From sequence record SRR31156797_5393: a DNA stretch of 41,894 nt, one strand, 5' to 3'. The notes beneath the pieces were generated by a model. It did no database searches and was not told where the DNA came from. It saw only the letters and a list, made by a program, of their open reading frames with translations. The first letter of the stretch is position 1. Every line of letters starts with the position of its first letter. A program made the position numbers and the translations under genes. This document shows positions 9,994 to 18,570 of this stretch, one piece after another.

Positions 9994-10045
9994 GGCGCGT
10001 ATTCTAACCAATTTATTACAAAAGATCTCGCGCAATCGTTTGGCA
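9994..10045 (-). promoter_or_regulatory. purH promoter with PurR box
   Basis: Minus-strand -10 TAGAAT (10001-10006) with discriminator ACGCGCC. GCGCAATCGTTTGGCA at 10030-10045 resembles the PUR box ACGCAAACGTTTGCGT. Confidence 0.7.
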
Positions 10046-10190
10046 TGGGCAAAATAAACCCTAAAAATAGGTTTTTCAAGAGAAAAAAGTAATGAAACAG
10101 TAAATAAAAGAGGTTAAGTGATTTTTATCTAAGCCTAGTTTATAGAGCTCTAGACTTAGATATGTCTAAGCGATAAAAGTATGCTTGGTT

Positions 10191-10298
10191 TTATAGTCCT
10201 AACCATGCAGCGCCGCGAATTCCGCTGCTGTCTCCGTATTGTGCTTGTTTAAACTGGATGCTTGCGCTGTCGGAGAAAACGTATTTGGCTGTTGCTGG
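10191..10298 (-). pseudogene. 3' remnant of a ROK-family sugar kinase (Mak/fructokinase-like)
   Basis: Translates as PATAKYVFSDSASIQFKQAQYGDSSGIRGAAWLGL*. GDSSG(V/I)RGAAWL is the C-terminal signature of Mak-type ROK kinases. No start codon; overlaps the upstream ORF in another frame. Confidence 0.85.
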
Positions 10299-10731
10299 TT
10301 GGCGCTGCAGTTTCTGCATGAGCTTGTAATGCCTCATATTTGTTGTGATGGTTTACATTCGCCTCGTAGTGCCACTGATAGGCAAAAGGCAGTTTAAAAG
10401 CACTGTGAAGAGAAAACAGCTCTTGTGCATAGTGATTCTTTTTATGGGATGTGGATACCAGTATGGAGTGATCTCGAAGATACTCTGTGATTACCATGCA
10501 GGCTAATTCTGCATCCAGCCCCTCAATTGCAACCTGGCATAAATCGAAACGGCTAATACCCAAACTTAGAATCTTCAATGACTCGCTGAGCTTGGCTTCT
10601 TTACCTTTGGTAATGTTATAAAGTACAAATACGGAACGGAAGTGGCCTGCCAGCTGTTTGAGTTCATTGATCTGCCAGCCAGCTAAGCCTTCTTGTTCAA
10701 GAATGAAAGTAATGCGCGAGGTAATGGTCAT
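10249..10731 (-). pseudogene. HPr-like domain protein, probably a truncated HPr-like/PTS EIIA fusion
   Basis: The N-terminal ~85 aa follow the HPr pattern (F.S...A...S.L..LSLG....D...V.IEG.DA..A) but lack the active His (GLAGWQ in place of GLHARP). NKYEALQ resembles the start of an EIIA domain, after which the ORF runs into ROK-derived DNA. Confidence 0.65.
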
Positions 10732-10733
10732 TA

Positions 10734-11036
10734 TTATTTAGACAAACATTTATCCATCACTTGCTGAGCGTTAGTCAGTACTTCTTCAATAGATAAATGA
10801 AAAGTACTACAGCCTTTGAAGCGTTCCTTTTCCTCAATGTCTATGTCGGACACTATCAAGCGAATATCTGCAGAGATAATCTCTTTGATTGTTAATGCGT
10901 TTTCAATTCCCATCGCACCTTGTGTTTCAACCTTTATTGAAACATTACGCTTCTGAGCCTCTTTCTGTAACACATCAGCAGCCATATAAGTATGTGCAAT
11001 ACCGGTTGGGCAAGCTGTTACTGCGACTATTTTCAC
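10734..11036 (-). CDS. PTS fructose-family EIIB component (stand-alone, FrwB-like)
   Basis: KIVAVTACPTGIAHTYMAA and KVETQGAMG motifs; GTG start. Confidence 0.92.
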   Translation of the reverse strand: MKIVAVTACPTGIAHTYMAADVLQKEAQKRNVSIKVETQGAMGIENALTIKEIISADIRLIVSDIDIEEKERFKGCSTFHLSIEEVLTNAQQVMDKCLSK

Positions 11037-11135
11037 TTTAAATATTCCATTATGAATAAGCTATAGAGCGGTAACTATAACACCGTGGTAAACATTGAGT
11101 GGAAAGAGGTTATTAAATATTGCTTAGGAAAGAAC

Positions 11136-11166
11136 AAAAAGAGCTGTGCCTAAAGGTAGACACAGC
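11136..11166 (-). terminator. Terminator of the ABC/amidase operon
   Basis: Minus strand reads GCTGTGTCTA-cctt-TAGGCACAGC-TCTTTTT. Confidence 0.75.
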
Positions 11167-11204
11167 AAACACAACATTTTCTAAGGGAGTTTTTCAATGA
11201 AAAA

Positions 11205-11969
11205 TTATAGAATTCTCGAAAGGAAAGTCTGTGTACGTACCTGCTGAGGGTTGAGCAGAATTTCGTTAGGGGGACCTTCTTCAACGACAACGCCGCCATC
11301 CATGAAAATGACTTTATCTGCAGCTTCTTTGGCGAAGCCAATTTCATGAGTTACGACGATCATAGTCAAACCTTGATCAGCGAGAGCTCTCATTGTTTCC
11401 AGTACTTCGCCAACTAACTCTGGATCAAGCGCTGATGTAGGTTCATCAAACAAAATCACATCTGGTTTGATTGCTAATGCTCTTGCGATTGATACCCGCT
11501 GTTGTTGCCCCCCGGAAAGCTGACTTGGGTAGTCATTTTCGCGATCTGCTAAGCCGACTTTTTGTAACAATTCACGGGCATATGCAATCGCCTCTTTCTT
11601 CGGGTGTTTATGTACACCAACCGGTGCTTCAATCAGGTTTTCCATAACAGTCATGTGTGGATATAGATTGAACTGTTGAAATACCATGGCGATTTTTTCG
11701 CGTTGCTTTGCAATATATTTTGTTGATGCATGGTGCAATTGACCATTTTTGAATTGGTAGCCAATTTGTTCATCACTAACAGAAATGTAGCCACTATCCA
11801 TGTGTTCTAATTGGTTAATACATCTTAAGAAGGTTGACTTACCGGATCCTGAGGGTCCCAGTATTACCACTACTTCTCCTTGCTTAACGTCTAAGTTGAT
11901 ACCTTTTAGTACCTCGTTATCACCAAAGCTTTTATTAACATCGCGAGCTTCAATTACCAAATTACTCAT
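11205..11969 (-). CDS. Polar amino acid ABC transporter ATP-binding protein
   Basis: [29 protein letters not shown] and VVTHE motifs. Confidence 0.95.
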   Translation of the reverse strand: MSNLVIEARDVNKSFGDNEVLKGINLDVKQGEVVVILGPSGSGKSTFLRCINQLEHMDSGYISVSDEQIGYQFKNGQLHHASTKYIAKQREKIAMVFQQFNLYPHMTVMENLIEAPVGVHKHPKKEAIAYARELLQKVGLADRENDYPSQLSGGQQQRVSIARALAIKPDVILFDEPTSALDPELVGEVLETMRALADQGLTMIVVTHEIGFAKEAADKVIFMDGGVVVEEGPPNEILLNPQQVRTQTFLSRIL

Positions 11970-12912
11970 TGGTGACTCCTTTCTGCGTTAGCGTTTCTTC
12001 CTTCTTAAATAGCTTGGATAGAAGTAATGACCAGTGGCTTTTTTTCGCATAGCGATCAGATTTATTGTAGTAATTTTCTACAGCATCCTGAACCACGCTA
12101 AGGACTGATGTAACAACCAAATACCAAATAACAGCCACCATGAGTAGCGGAATTACTTTAAAGTTGCTGTTGTAAATACTCTGCACTTCGTAGAGAAGAT
12201 CTCCCATCGCAATCATACTAACCATAGAAGTTGCTTTAACCATGTTTATCAGTTGGTTACTGGTTGGTGGTACTATGGATTTCATTGCCTGAGGAATGAT
12301 GATTCGACGGTAAACTCTTGCCCGCGACATCCCAAACGAATGTGCCGTTTCAAATTGTTTTTCATCTACAGAAATCAGGCCTCCTCGAATAATTTCAGCC
12401 ATATAAGCGGCTTCATTTAATGCAAGGCCAGCAATGGCTGCCGTCAATGGTGTGATTAAATCATTGGTATCCCACTGGGCTAATTCTGGTCCCAAAGGAA
12501 TGCTTAAACTGATATGCGGAAACAAGCTGGATAAGTTGTACCAAAACAGGAGTTGCACTAGTAAAGGCGTCCCGCGAAAAATCCAAACATAAACAGAGGA
12601 AACTGATCGTAGTACAGGATTTTGCGAGATTTTAGCTATCGCCAAAAATAGCCCAATTACGATACCTATTACCATAGCAACCACGGTCAACGCCAGAGAC
12701 ATCTCAAGGCCGCTTATAATTGCGGGATTAAAAAGGTATTTGAATACAGTTGGCCATTCAAAATTGGGATTTTGAGATACCAATTGAATAAGCTTCAGCG
12801 CGATCAGTCCTACAACTAATATTGCTAGCAGAGTGCCATACGGCACTCTACGTTTTACGTTAGCAACATTTCGTGGATGGTCTGAGGCGTTTATGTACTT
12901 TTCATTAAGCAT
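11962..12912 (-). CDS. Polar amino acid ABC transporter permease
   Basis: [15 protein letters not shown] and [14 protein letters not shown] (HisM/GlnP family). Confidence 0.95.
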   Translation of the reverse strand: MLNEKYINASDHPRNVANVKRRVPYGTLLAILVVGLIALKLIQLVSQNPNFEWPTVFKYLFNPAIISGLEMSLALTVVAMVIGIVIGLFLAIAKISQNPVLRSVSSVYVWIFRGTPLLVQLLFWYNLSSLFPHISLSIPLGPELAQWDTNDLITPLTAAIAGLALNEAAYMAEIIRGGLISVDEKQFETAHSFGMSRARVYRRIIIPQAMKSIVPPTSNQLINMVKATSMVSMIAMGDLLYEVQSIYNSNFKVIPLLMVAVIWYLVVTSVLSVVQDAVENYYNKSDRYAKKSHWSLLLSKLFKKEETLTQKGVTNE

Positions 12913-12929
12913 ATCGCCGAGACTCCTTA

Positions 12930-13820
12930 CTACTGAGTTTTGGTCGTAGCTAGGTTAATACCCGGCTGATCTAAACGGTTACCAGTAAGACCCCATTTTT
13001 CTAGGATCGCGTCATACGTTCCATTTTTATGGAGTTCTTCATAACCACTTTTAATAACGTGAGCAAGAGGAGAGCCTTTCGGAACTACAGCACCTTGGTA
13101 TAAGTCACCAAAGCCGTTTGCCTGACCTGTACCAGTCAGTTCCAGAGCGCCATCCGATACTTTTACAAAGTAAGATAGTGGTGCGCGGGAAGAGAAGAAG
13201 GCATCAGCACGGTTAGATTTTACTGCCAGAATAGAGGTTGGCTGGTCAGAGAATGACATAACTTTAACCGCGGGTTTTCCTGCTTCTTCACATTTAGCTG
13301 ATTGTCCGCGAATGACTCGTTCAGCAGAGCCTCCAGCCATAACAGAAATGCGTTTACCACAAGTGGTATCCAGACCATCAATGTTTTCTGGGTTGCCCGC
13401 TTTTACGGCAAAGACAACAAACTCCTGAACATAATCAACGAAATCGACACTCTCTTCACGGCTTGCAAAATCACCCACCGGGCCTGAGTCGTATGTATAG
13501 CGTCCGGATTTAATCCCCATAAGGATAGAAGAAAGTCCGTTAACACTCTTATGCTCGATTTTAATGCCTAGTAATTCCGATAACGCCTTATCAAAGTCGA
13601 TAGCTGCTCCGGTAATGTGATTGCTATCGTTAACGATAGTGTATGGAGGAAATGAGCCATTCATGACGGCAGTCATTACACCTGCATCTTTTATGTCCTG
13701 AGGGAGCATTTCATGGAGCTCAGCATTGTATGCTTGTGTTGGTATATCTGCTGCGTTAGCAAATGGAGATATTGCTAATAGTGAGCAAAGTGCGGTAGTG
13801 ATTAAATTGATTTTTTTCAT
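12930..13820 (-). CDS. Amino acid ABC transporter substrate-binding protein (SBP family 3)
   Basis: Signal peptide MKKINL...ANA-ADI from ATG 13820; FPPY, CGKRISV..G and GTYDAILEKWGL motifs. Confidence 0.92.
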   Translation of the reverse strand: MKKINLITTALCSLLAISPFANAADIPTQAYNAELHEMLPQDIKDAGVMTAVMNGSFPPYTIVNDSNHITGAAIDFDKALSELLGIKIEHKSVNGLSSILMGIKSGRYTYDSGPVGDFASREESVDFVDYVQEFVVFAVKAGNPENIDGLDTTCGKRISVMAGGSAERVIRGQSAKCEEAGKPAVKVMSFSDQPTSILAVKSNRADAFFSSRAPLSYFVKVSDGALELTGTGQANGFGDLYQGAVVPKGSPLAHVIKSGYEELHKNGTYDAILEKWGLTGNRLDQPGINLATTKTQ

Positions 13821-13845
13821 GTCTACTATCCTTGTAGCTATAAAA

Positions 13846-14652
13846 TTAAGAGTTAACCAGTTGTGGAGTATCAAAACGTCGGTTGGCCAGTGCCGGAAGT
13901 ATCGAGCGAGCATAGTCGATGCGTTCTTTTTTGATAACTGCAACGACGAGTTCATCCTGTTCGCTGGCGCTGGCAATACTGACACCTAATGGATCGATGG
14001 CTTTACTTAATCCAATGTTTCTTGGACCAGATTCACCGATTGCAAGCATGTAACAAGTGTTTTCAAGCGCACGGGCTGTAATCAGTGTGTCCCAGTGATG
14101 CTCTTTCAGCGGCCCTTTCACCCAGGCTGCAGGAAGAACCAGAGCATCAGCACCATCAAGTACCAGACGGCGGCTTAATTCCGGGAAGCGAACGTCATAA
14201 CACGTCATCAAACCGAGTTTGAATCCATTCACATCAACCAATGGTGGTACTTCTGTGCCCGGGATGACATTGGTAGATTCTTTCATCGTAAATGCATCGT
14301 ATAGGTGGAGCTTTTTATACTCAGCGATGACTTCACCCTGACGAATTCCCAGATGTACGTTCCAAACTTTTTCACTCTCATCTTTTGATGGGACGTGAAT
14401 AGTCATCAGTATCGTCATGTGAAACTGTTTGCTAAATGACAGCAATTCAGAAACAAATGGTCCATCGAGATTTTGCGCTGCTCGTCTAACTAAATCTGGG
14501 TCGGCAATATCTCGGGCTAAAATACCTTCCGGTAGAATTAATAGTTCAACGCCTTTCTCTGCTGCAGATTCAATATATTTTTTGCAGGTTTCAAGGTTTT
14601 CCTGCCATGTTTTCGCTACTGTAAACTGGCCTAAACCAACAACTAATTCCAT
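13846..14652 (-). CDS. Carbon-nitrogen hydrolase, Nit1/YbeM (deaminated glutathione amidase)-like
   Basis: Glu-Lys-Cys triad motifs LPEG, YKKLHLYDAF and TCYDVRFPE, plus ARALEN. Confidence 0.88.
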   Translation of the reverse strand: MELVVGLGQFTVAKTWQENLETCKKYIESAAEKGVELLILPEGILARDIADPDLVRRAAQNLDGPFVSELLSFSKQFHMTILMTIHVPSKDESEKVWNVHLGIRQGEVIAEYKKLHLYDAFTMKESTNVIPGTEVPPLVDVNGFKLGLMTCYDVRFPELSRRLVLDGADALVLPAAWVKGPLKEHHWDTLITARALENTCYMLAIGESGPRNIGLSKAIDPLGVSIASASEQDELVVAVIKKERIDYARSILPALANRRFDTPQLVNS

Positions 14653-14661
14653 GTTTATTCC

Positions 14662-15612
14662 TTACCAACTTTCTTCTGAGAACAATGTGTTAATTGACAA
14701 TGGTTCAGAGAGGATTCCCTGTTCATAAATTTCTATACACCAGTCTTCCAGCATTTTCTTATTTGCGCTGATGCCCTGATCGTTCCATGTCTGGGGGAGA
14801 TCTTTGTGCATACGAGAAATGTCATCGAGCAACCAGGGGGTGGTGTCTGCATACTTAGTTCGTTTATCCATCCACAGATGGTATGAGTCGTCAAATGCAG
14901 CGCTGATTAGCTTTCCAATACCTGGATTGTTAGCAACAAAATCACGCTTCAGAACGACAATGTGAATACCGGGGATATAGCCCTGCTCCTGAACATAGGT
15001 ACGTTCAATGTTCTGGTAATTTTTGAATAGAGGGCGAAGTTTTGAATCTTCATTGAAAAATCCTGCAGGCATAAATGGAGTGCAGATTGCGTCTAACTCG
15101 CCCATTTCAAGCAGTTCAACCATTGGAGTGTCATCAGGGCAATTATCTATCCAGCCTGGTTGTCCAAAACCAGCAAGGCGGTCGACGATAGGGTGCTCTG
15201 CTGTTAGACGACCCACAAACCAGTGGATGTCTTTCATATCGATTCCTGCCTGACGGAAAATTGCACGAGTCCAGATGTTTCCGGAATCCTGCCATCCTGT
15301 CAGACCAACTTTCTTGACGGATTTCAGCTCATTAATTTCACTCGATTTACGAGTAAGAATGCAGCGATGTCTGAAACCTCGCATTAAGAAGTGAGGAATG
15401 CCGATGAGAGAGTCGTCGCCTTTTGCTTTTAGCTGACTATAACGGCTGAGTGACATCTCGCCGCCTTGGTATTCAGGATGTTTGCTCCAATCATCAACAA
15501 GAGTGTTAACTCTGGTGATATTCAAATCCAATTCTGAGCTTGAAACTTCATTGAGCAACAGTGGTGTCAGGTAGTCCCAGTCTCTGACAGCAAGGTTAGT
15601 TTGTACAGCCAA
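14662..15612 (-). CDS. Cytoplasmic type II periplasmic-binding-fold protein, 4,5-dihydroxyphthalate decarboxylase-like
   Basis: EMSLSRY, IPHFL.R.FRH, VG..GWQDSGNIW.R and GELDA motifs recall that family; no signal peptide. Start uncertain: TTG 15612 has GGAG 6 nt upstream; ATGs at 15624 and 15642 are alternatives. Confidence 0.65.
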   Translation of the reverse strand: MAVQTNLAVRDWDYLTPLLLNEVSSSELDLNITRVNTLVDDWSKHPEYQGGEMSLSRYSQLKAKGDDSLIGIPHFLMRGFRHRCILTRKSSEINELKSVKKVGLTGWQDSGNIWTRAIFRQAGIDMKDIHWFVGRLTAEHPIVDRLAGFGQPGWIDNCPDDTPMVELLEMGELDAICTPFMPAGFFNEDSKLRPLFKNYQNIERTYVQEQGYIPGIHIVVLKRDFVANNPGIGKLISAAFDDSYHLWMDKRTKYADTTPWLLDDISRMHKDLPQTWNDQGISANKKMLEDWCIEIYEQGILSEPLSINTLFSEESW

Positions 15613-15675
15613 GTTTAACTCCATTAAACAATCGTGAAACATTAGTTAAAAATTATACTAATTGTGATTTTTTGG

Positions 15676-15705
15676 TTGTACAATGTGTTTTTTGTTACTG
15701 TACAA
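15676..15705. promoter_or_regulatory. Candidate MocR operator repeats
   Basis: TGTACAA at 15677-15683 and 15699-15705, 22 bp apart, in the divergent intergenic region. Confidence 0.5.
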
Positions 15706-15715
15706 AAATTAATTT

Positions 15716-17050
15716 ATGGACAAAGAATCGATAAATAAACAAGTGGTTGAATCCATTAAGGGACTTAGCATTCAGGATATGACTGTTGAGATGACGGCTC
15801 TTATAAGATCAGGTGCGATTCCTGTTGGTGTTAAATTGCCTGCGGTAAGAGCCTTAGCTGAGGAGCTTTCTATTAGCCCGACATCAATTTCGATCGTATG
15901 GAATAACCTTAAAAAAATAGGGTTGATCGAGAGTGCAGGACGCAATGGTGTGTGGGTGAGTGGCAGCGATCCATCTCCCAGACCTAAACGATTTGAAAAC
16001 GTGGGTAACTTCGGTAATCGAACTAAAGTTGATCTTATGTATTCAGGACCGGATGTTTCTCTGCTACCAAAAATGGAAGAAGCGTTTTCTTATGCCTGCA
16101 AAACGGAAAATATTCATAGTTATCAAAGACAAGAAATTACTGATGAACTCAAGCAGTCGGTAGTGAATGATTGGCCGTATAAAGCTGAATCCTACATGGC
16201 GACTAATGGTGGTTTCGATGGCCTGCAAGCTATATTAAGTGCACTGGTTCAACCCGGTACTTGGATGGCTGTTGAAGAACCGACGACGGCTCGTGTTTTG
16301 GATATCCTGGATAATTTGGGAATCCGTATTGTCCCTGTGGCTTGTGATGAAGAAGGACCGATGGTTGAGTCTTTAGCTAACGCTATGGATAAAAAACTGT
16401 CCGGTTTTCTTTTCCAGCCGCGGACTCATTCCGTACTTGGAACGTCAGTGTCTGAAAAGAGAATGAATGAGTTAGCTCCATTATTAGAATCGATACCACT
16501 GATCATCGAAGATGATGGTATTGGTTGTATTTCAGAATCAAAAGCGACGAGTTTCGGTGACCGTTTCCCTGAACAAGTTGTCCATATTCGTAGTTACTCA
16601 AAAACGCTTGGACCGGATTTTCGCCTTGCTGTTTTATCAACTACGAAAAGCAAAGCTCAGTCTATACAGGCGTACCGAAATTTTGGAGCCAGTTGGACGA
16701 GCCGAATATTGCAAAATGCAGCTGCGCATTTGTTGAATAGTGATGGTTATACCATCTATATCAAAACCACCCGCGATGAATATGCAAAACGCCGTAGATG
16801 GTTGACCGATGCTCTGAAAGAGAGAGGGGTAAGTTGGTTTGGCTCAGAGGGGCTCAGTGTATGGATCCCTGTTCCTTCTGAACGTTATGCCTTGGTGACT
16901 ATGGCGGTTCATGGATACGCTGTTTTCCCAGGGCGTCGATTTTTAACAGAAACAGCCTCGGATTACATACGTGTCGCATCCAGTGGATTAAAACAAGAGG
17001 ATATTGAACCTCTTGCAGATGCTATCGCACTTTGCTTTGATATCAGTTAG
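15716..17050 (+). CDS. MocR/GabR-family transcriptional regulator (GntR wHTH + PLP aminotransferase-like domain)
   Basis: LPAVRALAEELSISP wHTH, IIEDD, and SYSKTLGPDFRLA carrying the PLP-binding Lys. Confidence 0.92.
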   Translation: MDKESINKQVVESIKGLSIQDMTVEMTALIRSGAIPVGVKLPAVRALAEELSISPTSISIVWNNLKKIGLIESAGRNGVWVSGSDPSPRPKRFENVGNFGNRTKVDLMYSGPDVSLLPKMEEAFSYACKTENIHSYQRQEITDELKQSVVNDWPYKAESYMATNGGFDGLQAILSALVQPGTWMAVEEPTTARVLDILDNLGIRIVPVACDEEGPMVESLANAMDKKLSGFLFQPRTHSVLGTSVSEKRMNELAPLLESIPLIIEDDGIGCISESKATSFGDRFPEQVVHIRSYSKTLGPDFRLAVLSTTKSKAQSIQAYRNFGASWTSRILQNAAAHLLNSDGYTIYIKTTRDEYAKRRRWLTDALKERGVSWFGSEGLSVWIPVPSERYALVTMAVHGYAVFPGRRFLTETASDYIRVASSGLKQEDIEPLADAIALCFDIS

Positions 17051-17060
17051 TTGTTTAAAC

Positions 17061-17092
17061 AAAAAAGCTCAACTATTTCTAGTTGAGCTTTT
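17061..17092. terminator. Bidirectional terminator between the MocR gene and fis
   Basis: AAAAAAGCTCAACTA-tttc-TAGTTGAGCTTTT. Confidence 0.85.
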
Positions 17093-17117
17093 AAATTCAA
17101 TAAATTAGCGTGAGCTA

Positions 17118-17414
17118 TTAATTCATGCCGTATTTTTTAAGCTTCTTGCGAAGAGTACCGCGGTTGATACCCATCATAGTTGCTGCGCGAGTTTGGTTAC
17201 CGCGAGTGTACTGCATGATGGTATCTAGTAGTGGTTGTTCAACTTCCGCTAGAACTAACTCGTATAGTTCTGTTACTTCTTGGCCATTTAACTGAGCAAG
17301 ATAGTTTTTAAGAGATGCTTTAACGGAGTCACGTAATGGCTTTTGCGTGATTTGGTCTTGTGAAGTTACTGTAGTTACTGTTAAAGCTTCTGAAGTCAGA
17401 TTTTGTTCGAACAT
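17118..17414 (-). CDS. fis: DNA-binding protein Fis
   Basis: KPLRDSVK...[27 protein letters not shown]; 98 aa. Confidence 0.98.
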   Translation of the reverse strand: MFEQNLTSEALTVTTVTSQDQITQKPLRDSVKASLKNYLAQLNGQEVTELYELVLAEVEQPLLDTIMQYTRGNQTRAATMMGINRGTLRKKLKKYGMN

Positions 17415-17462
17415 ATTCGGTCTAGCTCTTCTCTTAATTATGATGCAACGTTACCCGCGCGG

Positions 17463-18431
17463 TTATGCTTGGGTATTATCAAAATAACCTTCAAGCGCTT
17501 CTAATTGCAGCTGGGCTGCCTCTATAGCGTTGAAGGAACGGCGAAACTCACCTGCTTGTTCATGTTCCTTTAAGTACCAACCAACGTGCTTACGCGCGAT
17601 TCTCGGACCTAAATACTCACCATAAAAATTATGTAGAGCAGTCACATGACCAAGCAAAATACCTTTCACTTCCTCAGATGGAAGTTCAGGCATTGTGGTG
17701 CCGTTTTCCAAATAGTGTTGGATTTCCTGGAAAATCCACGGACGACCCTGGGCAGGGCGTCCAATCATTAAAGCGTCAGCGCCTGTGTACTCAAGCACGT
17801 ATTTGGCTTTTTCCGGAGAATCGATATCACCGTTAGCGATAACCGGAATCTTAATCGCCTCTTTTGCCGCTTTAATGCTGTCGTATTCTGCCTCACCTTT
17901 GTACATACAAGTACGTGTGCGCCCATGAAGCGCCAGTGCTTGTATGCCGCAGTTTTCGGCTAATTGAGCGATATAGACACAGTTTTTGTTTTCTGGGTCC
18001 CAGCCAGTTCGGGTTTTAAGAGTCACAGGGACATCTACCGCATCTACTACGGTTTTCAGAATATCTTCAATGAGATCTGGAAAACGTAGCAAAGCGGACC
18101 CGGCCAGCTTTTTATTCACTTTTTTCGCTGGGCAGCCCATATTGATATCGATGATTTGCGCACCGTTCTCAACGCTAAACTGAGCCGCCTCGGCCATAAG
18201 CTGTGGATCACTTCCCGCTATTTGTACTGAACGAATGCCCGATTCGCCTCTATGTACCATGCGGCTTTTTGATTTCTCGGTTTTCCACAGCGCAGGATTG
18301 GAAGACATCATTTCACTGACGGCCATTCCTGCACCATAACGAAGACACAACTCACGAAACGGTCTATCAGTAACACCCGCCATTGGGGCGACGATAAGAT
18401 TGTTCTTAAGTTGATAATTTCCGATCTTCAA
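17463..18431 (-). CDS. dusB: tRNA-dihydrouridine synthase B
   Basis: [15 protein letters not shown] and HGRTR motifs; directly upstream of fis. Probable TTG start at 18431 (MKIGNYQL). Confidence 0.96.
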   Translation of the reverse strand: MKIGNYQLKNNLIVAPMAGVTDRPFRELCLRYGAGMAVSEMMSSNPALWKTEKSKSRMVHRGESGIRSVQIAGSDPQLMAEAAQFSVENGAQIIDINMGCPAKKVNKKLAGSALLRFPDLIEDILKTVVDAVDVPVTLKTRTGWDPENKNCVYIAQLAENCGIQALALHGRTRTCMYKGEAEYDSIKAAKEAIKIPVIANGDIDSPEKAKYVLEYTGADALMIGRPAQGRPWIFQEIQHYLENGTTMPELPSEEVKGILLGHVTALHNFYGEYLGPRIARKHVGWYLKEHEQAGEFRRSFNAIEAAQLQLEALEGYFDNTQA

Positions 18432-18458
18432 AATGTCTTCACAGCTTAGTACCAGCAA

Positions 18459-18495
18459 GGGCGCGCATTTTACGCATTTTTTCACTGCGTGAAAA
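18459..18495 (-). promoter_or_regulatory. dusB-fis promoter, stringent type
   Basis: Minus strand reads TTTCAC-16 bp-TAAAAT followed by the GC-rich discriminator GCGCGCCC. Confidence 0.6.
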
Positions 18496-18570
18496 GACTA
18501 ATATTTGAGCATTTACAAATTGTTTTTGTAAATTGTCTATTTTTCAATCAATTAAGTTCAAAAGTTAAAT

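Noticed and set aside
9832-9995. ZTP/pfl or purine riboswitch upstream of purH
   Set aside because: Conserved consensus elements not recognisable by eye; kept only as an unassigned structured leader.
13821-13985. Long N-terminus of the SBP overlapping the amidase gene
   Set aside because: The signal peptide begins at 13820; the upstream part is an alternative frame of the amidase gene.
10244-17060. TTGTTTAAAC at ~10245 and ~17051 as island att sites or target duplication
   Set aside because: Short AT-rich match, one copy lies inside the ROK remnant, and no recombinase is present; likely chance.
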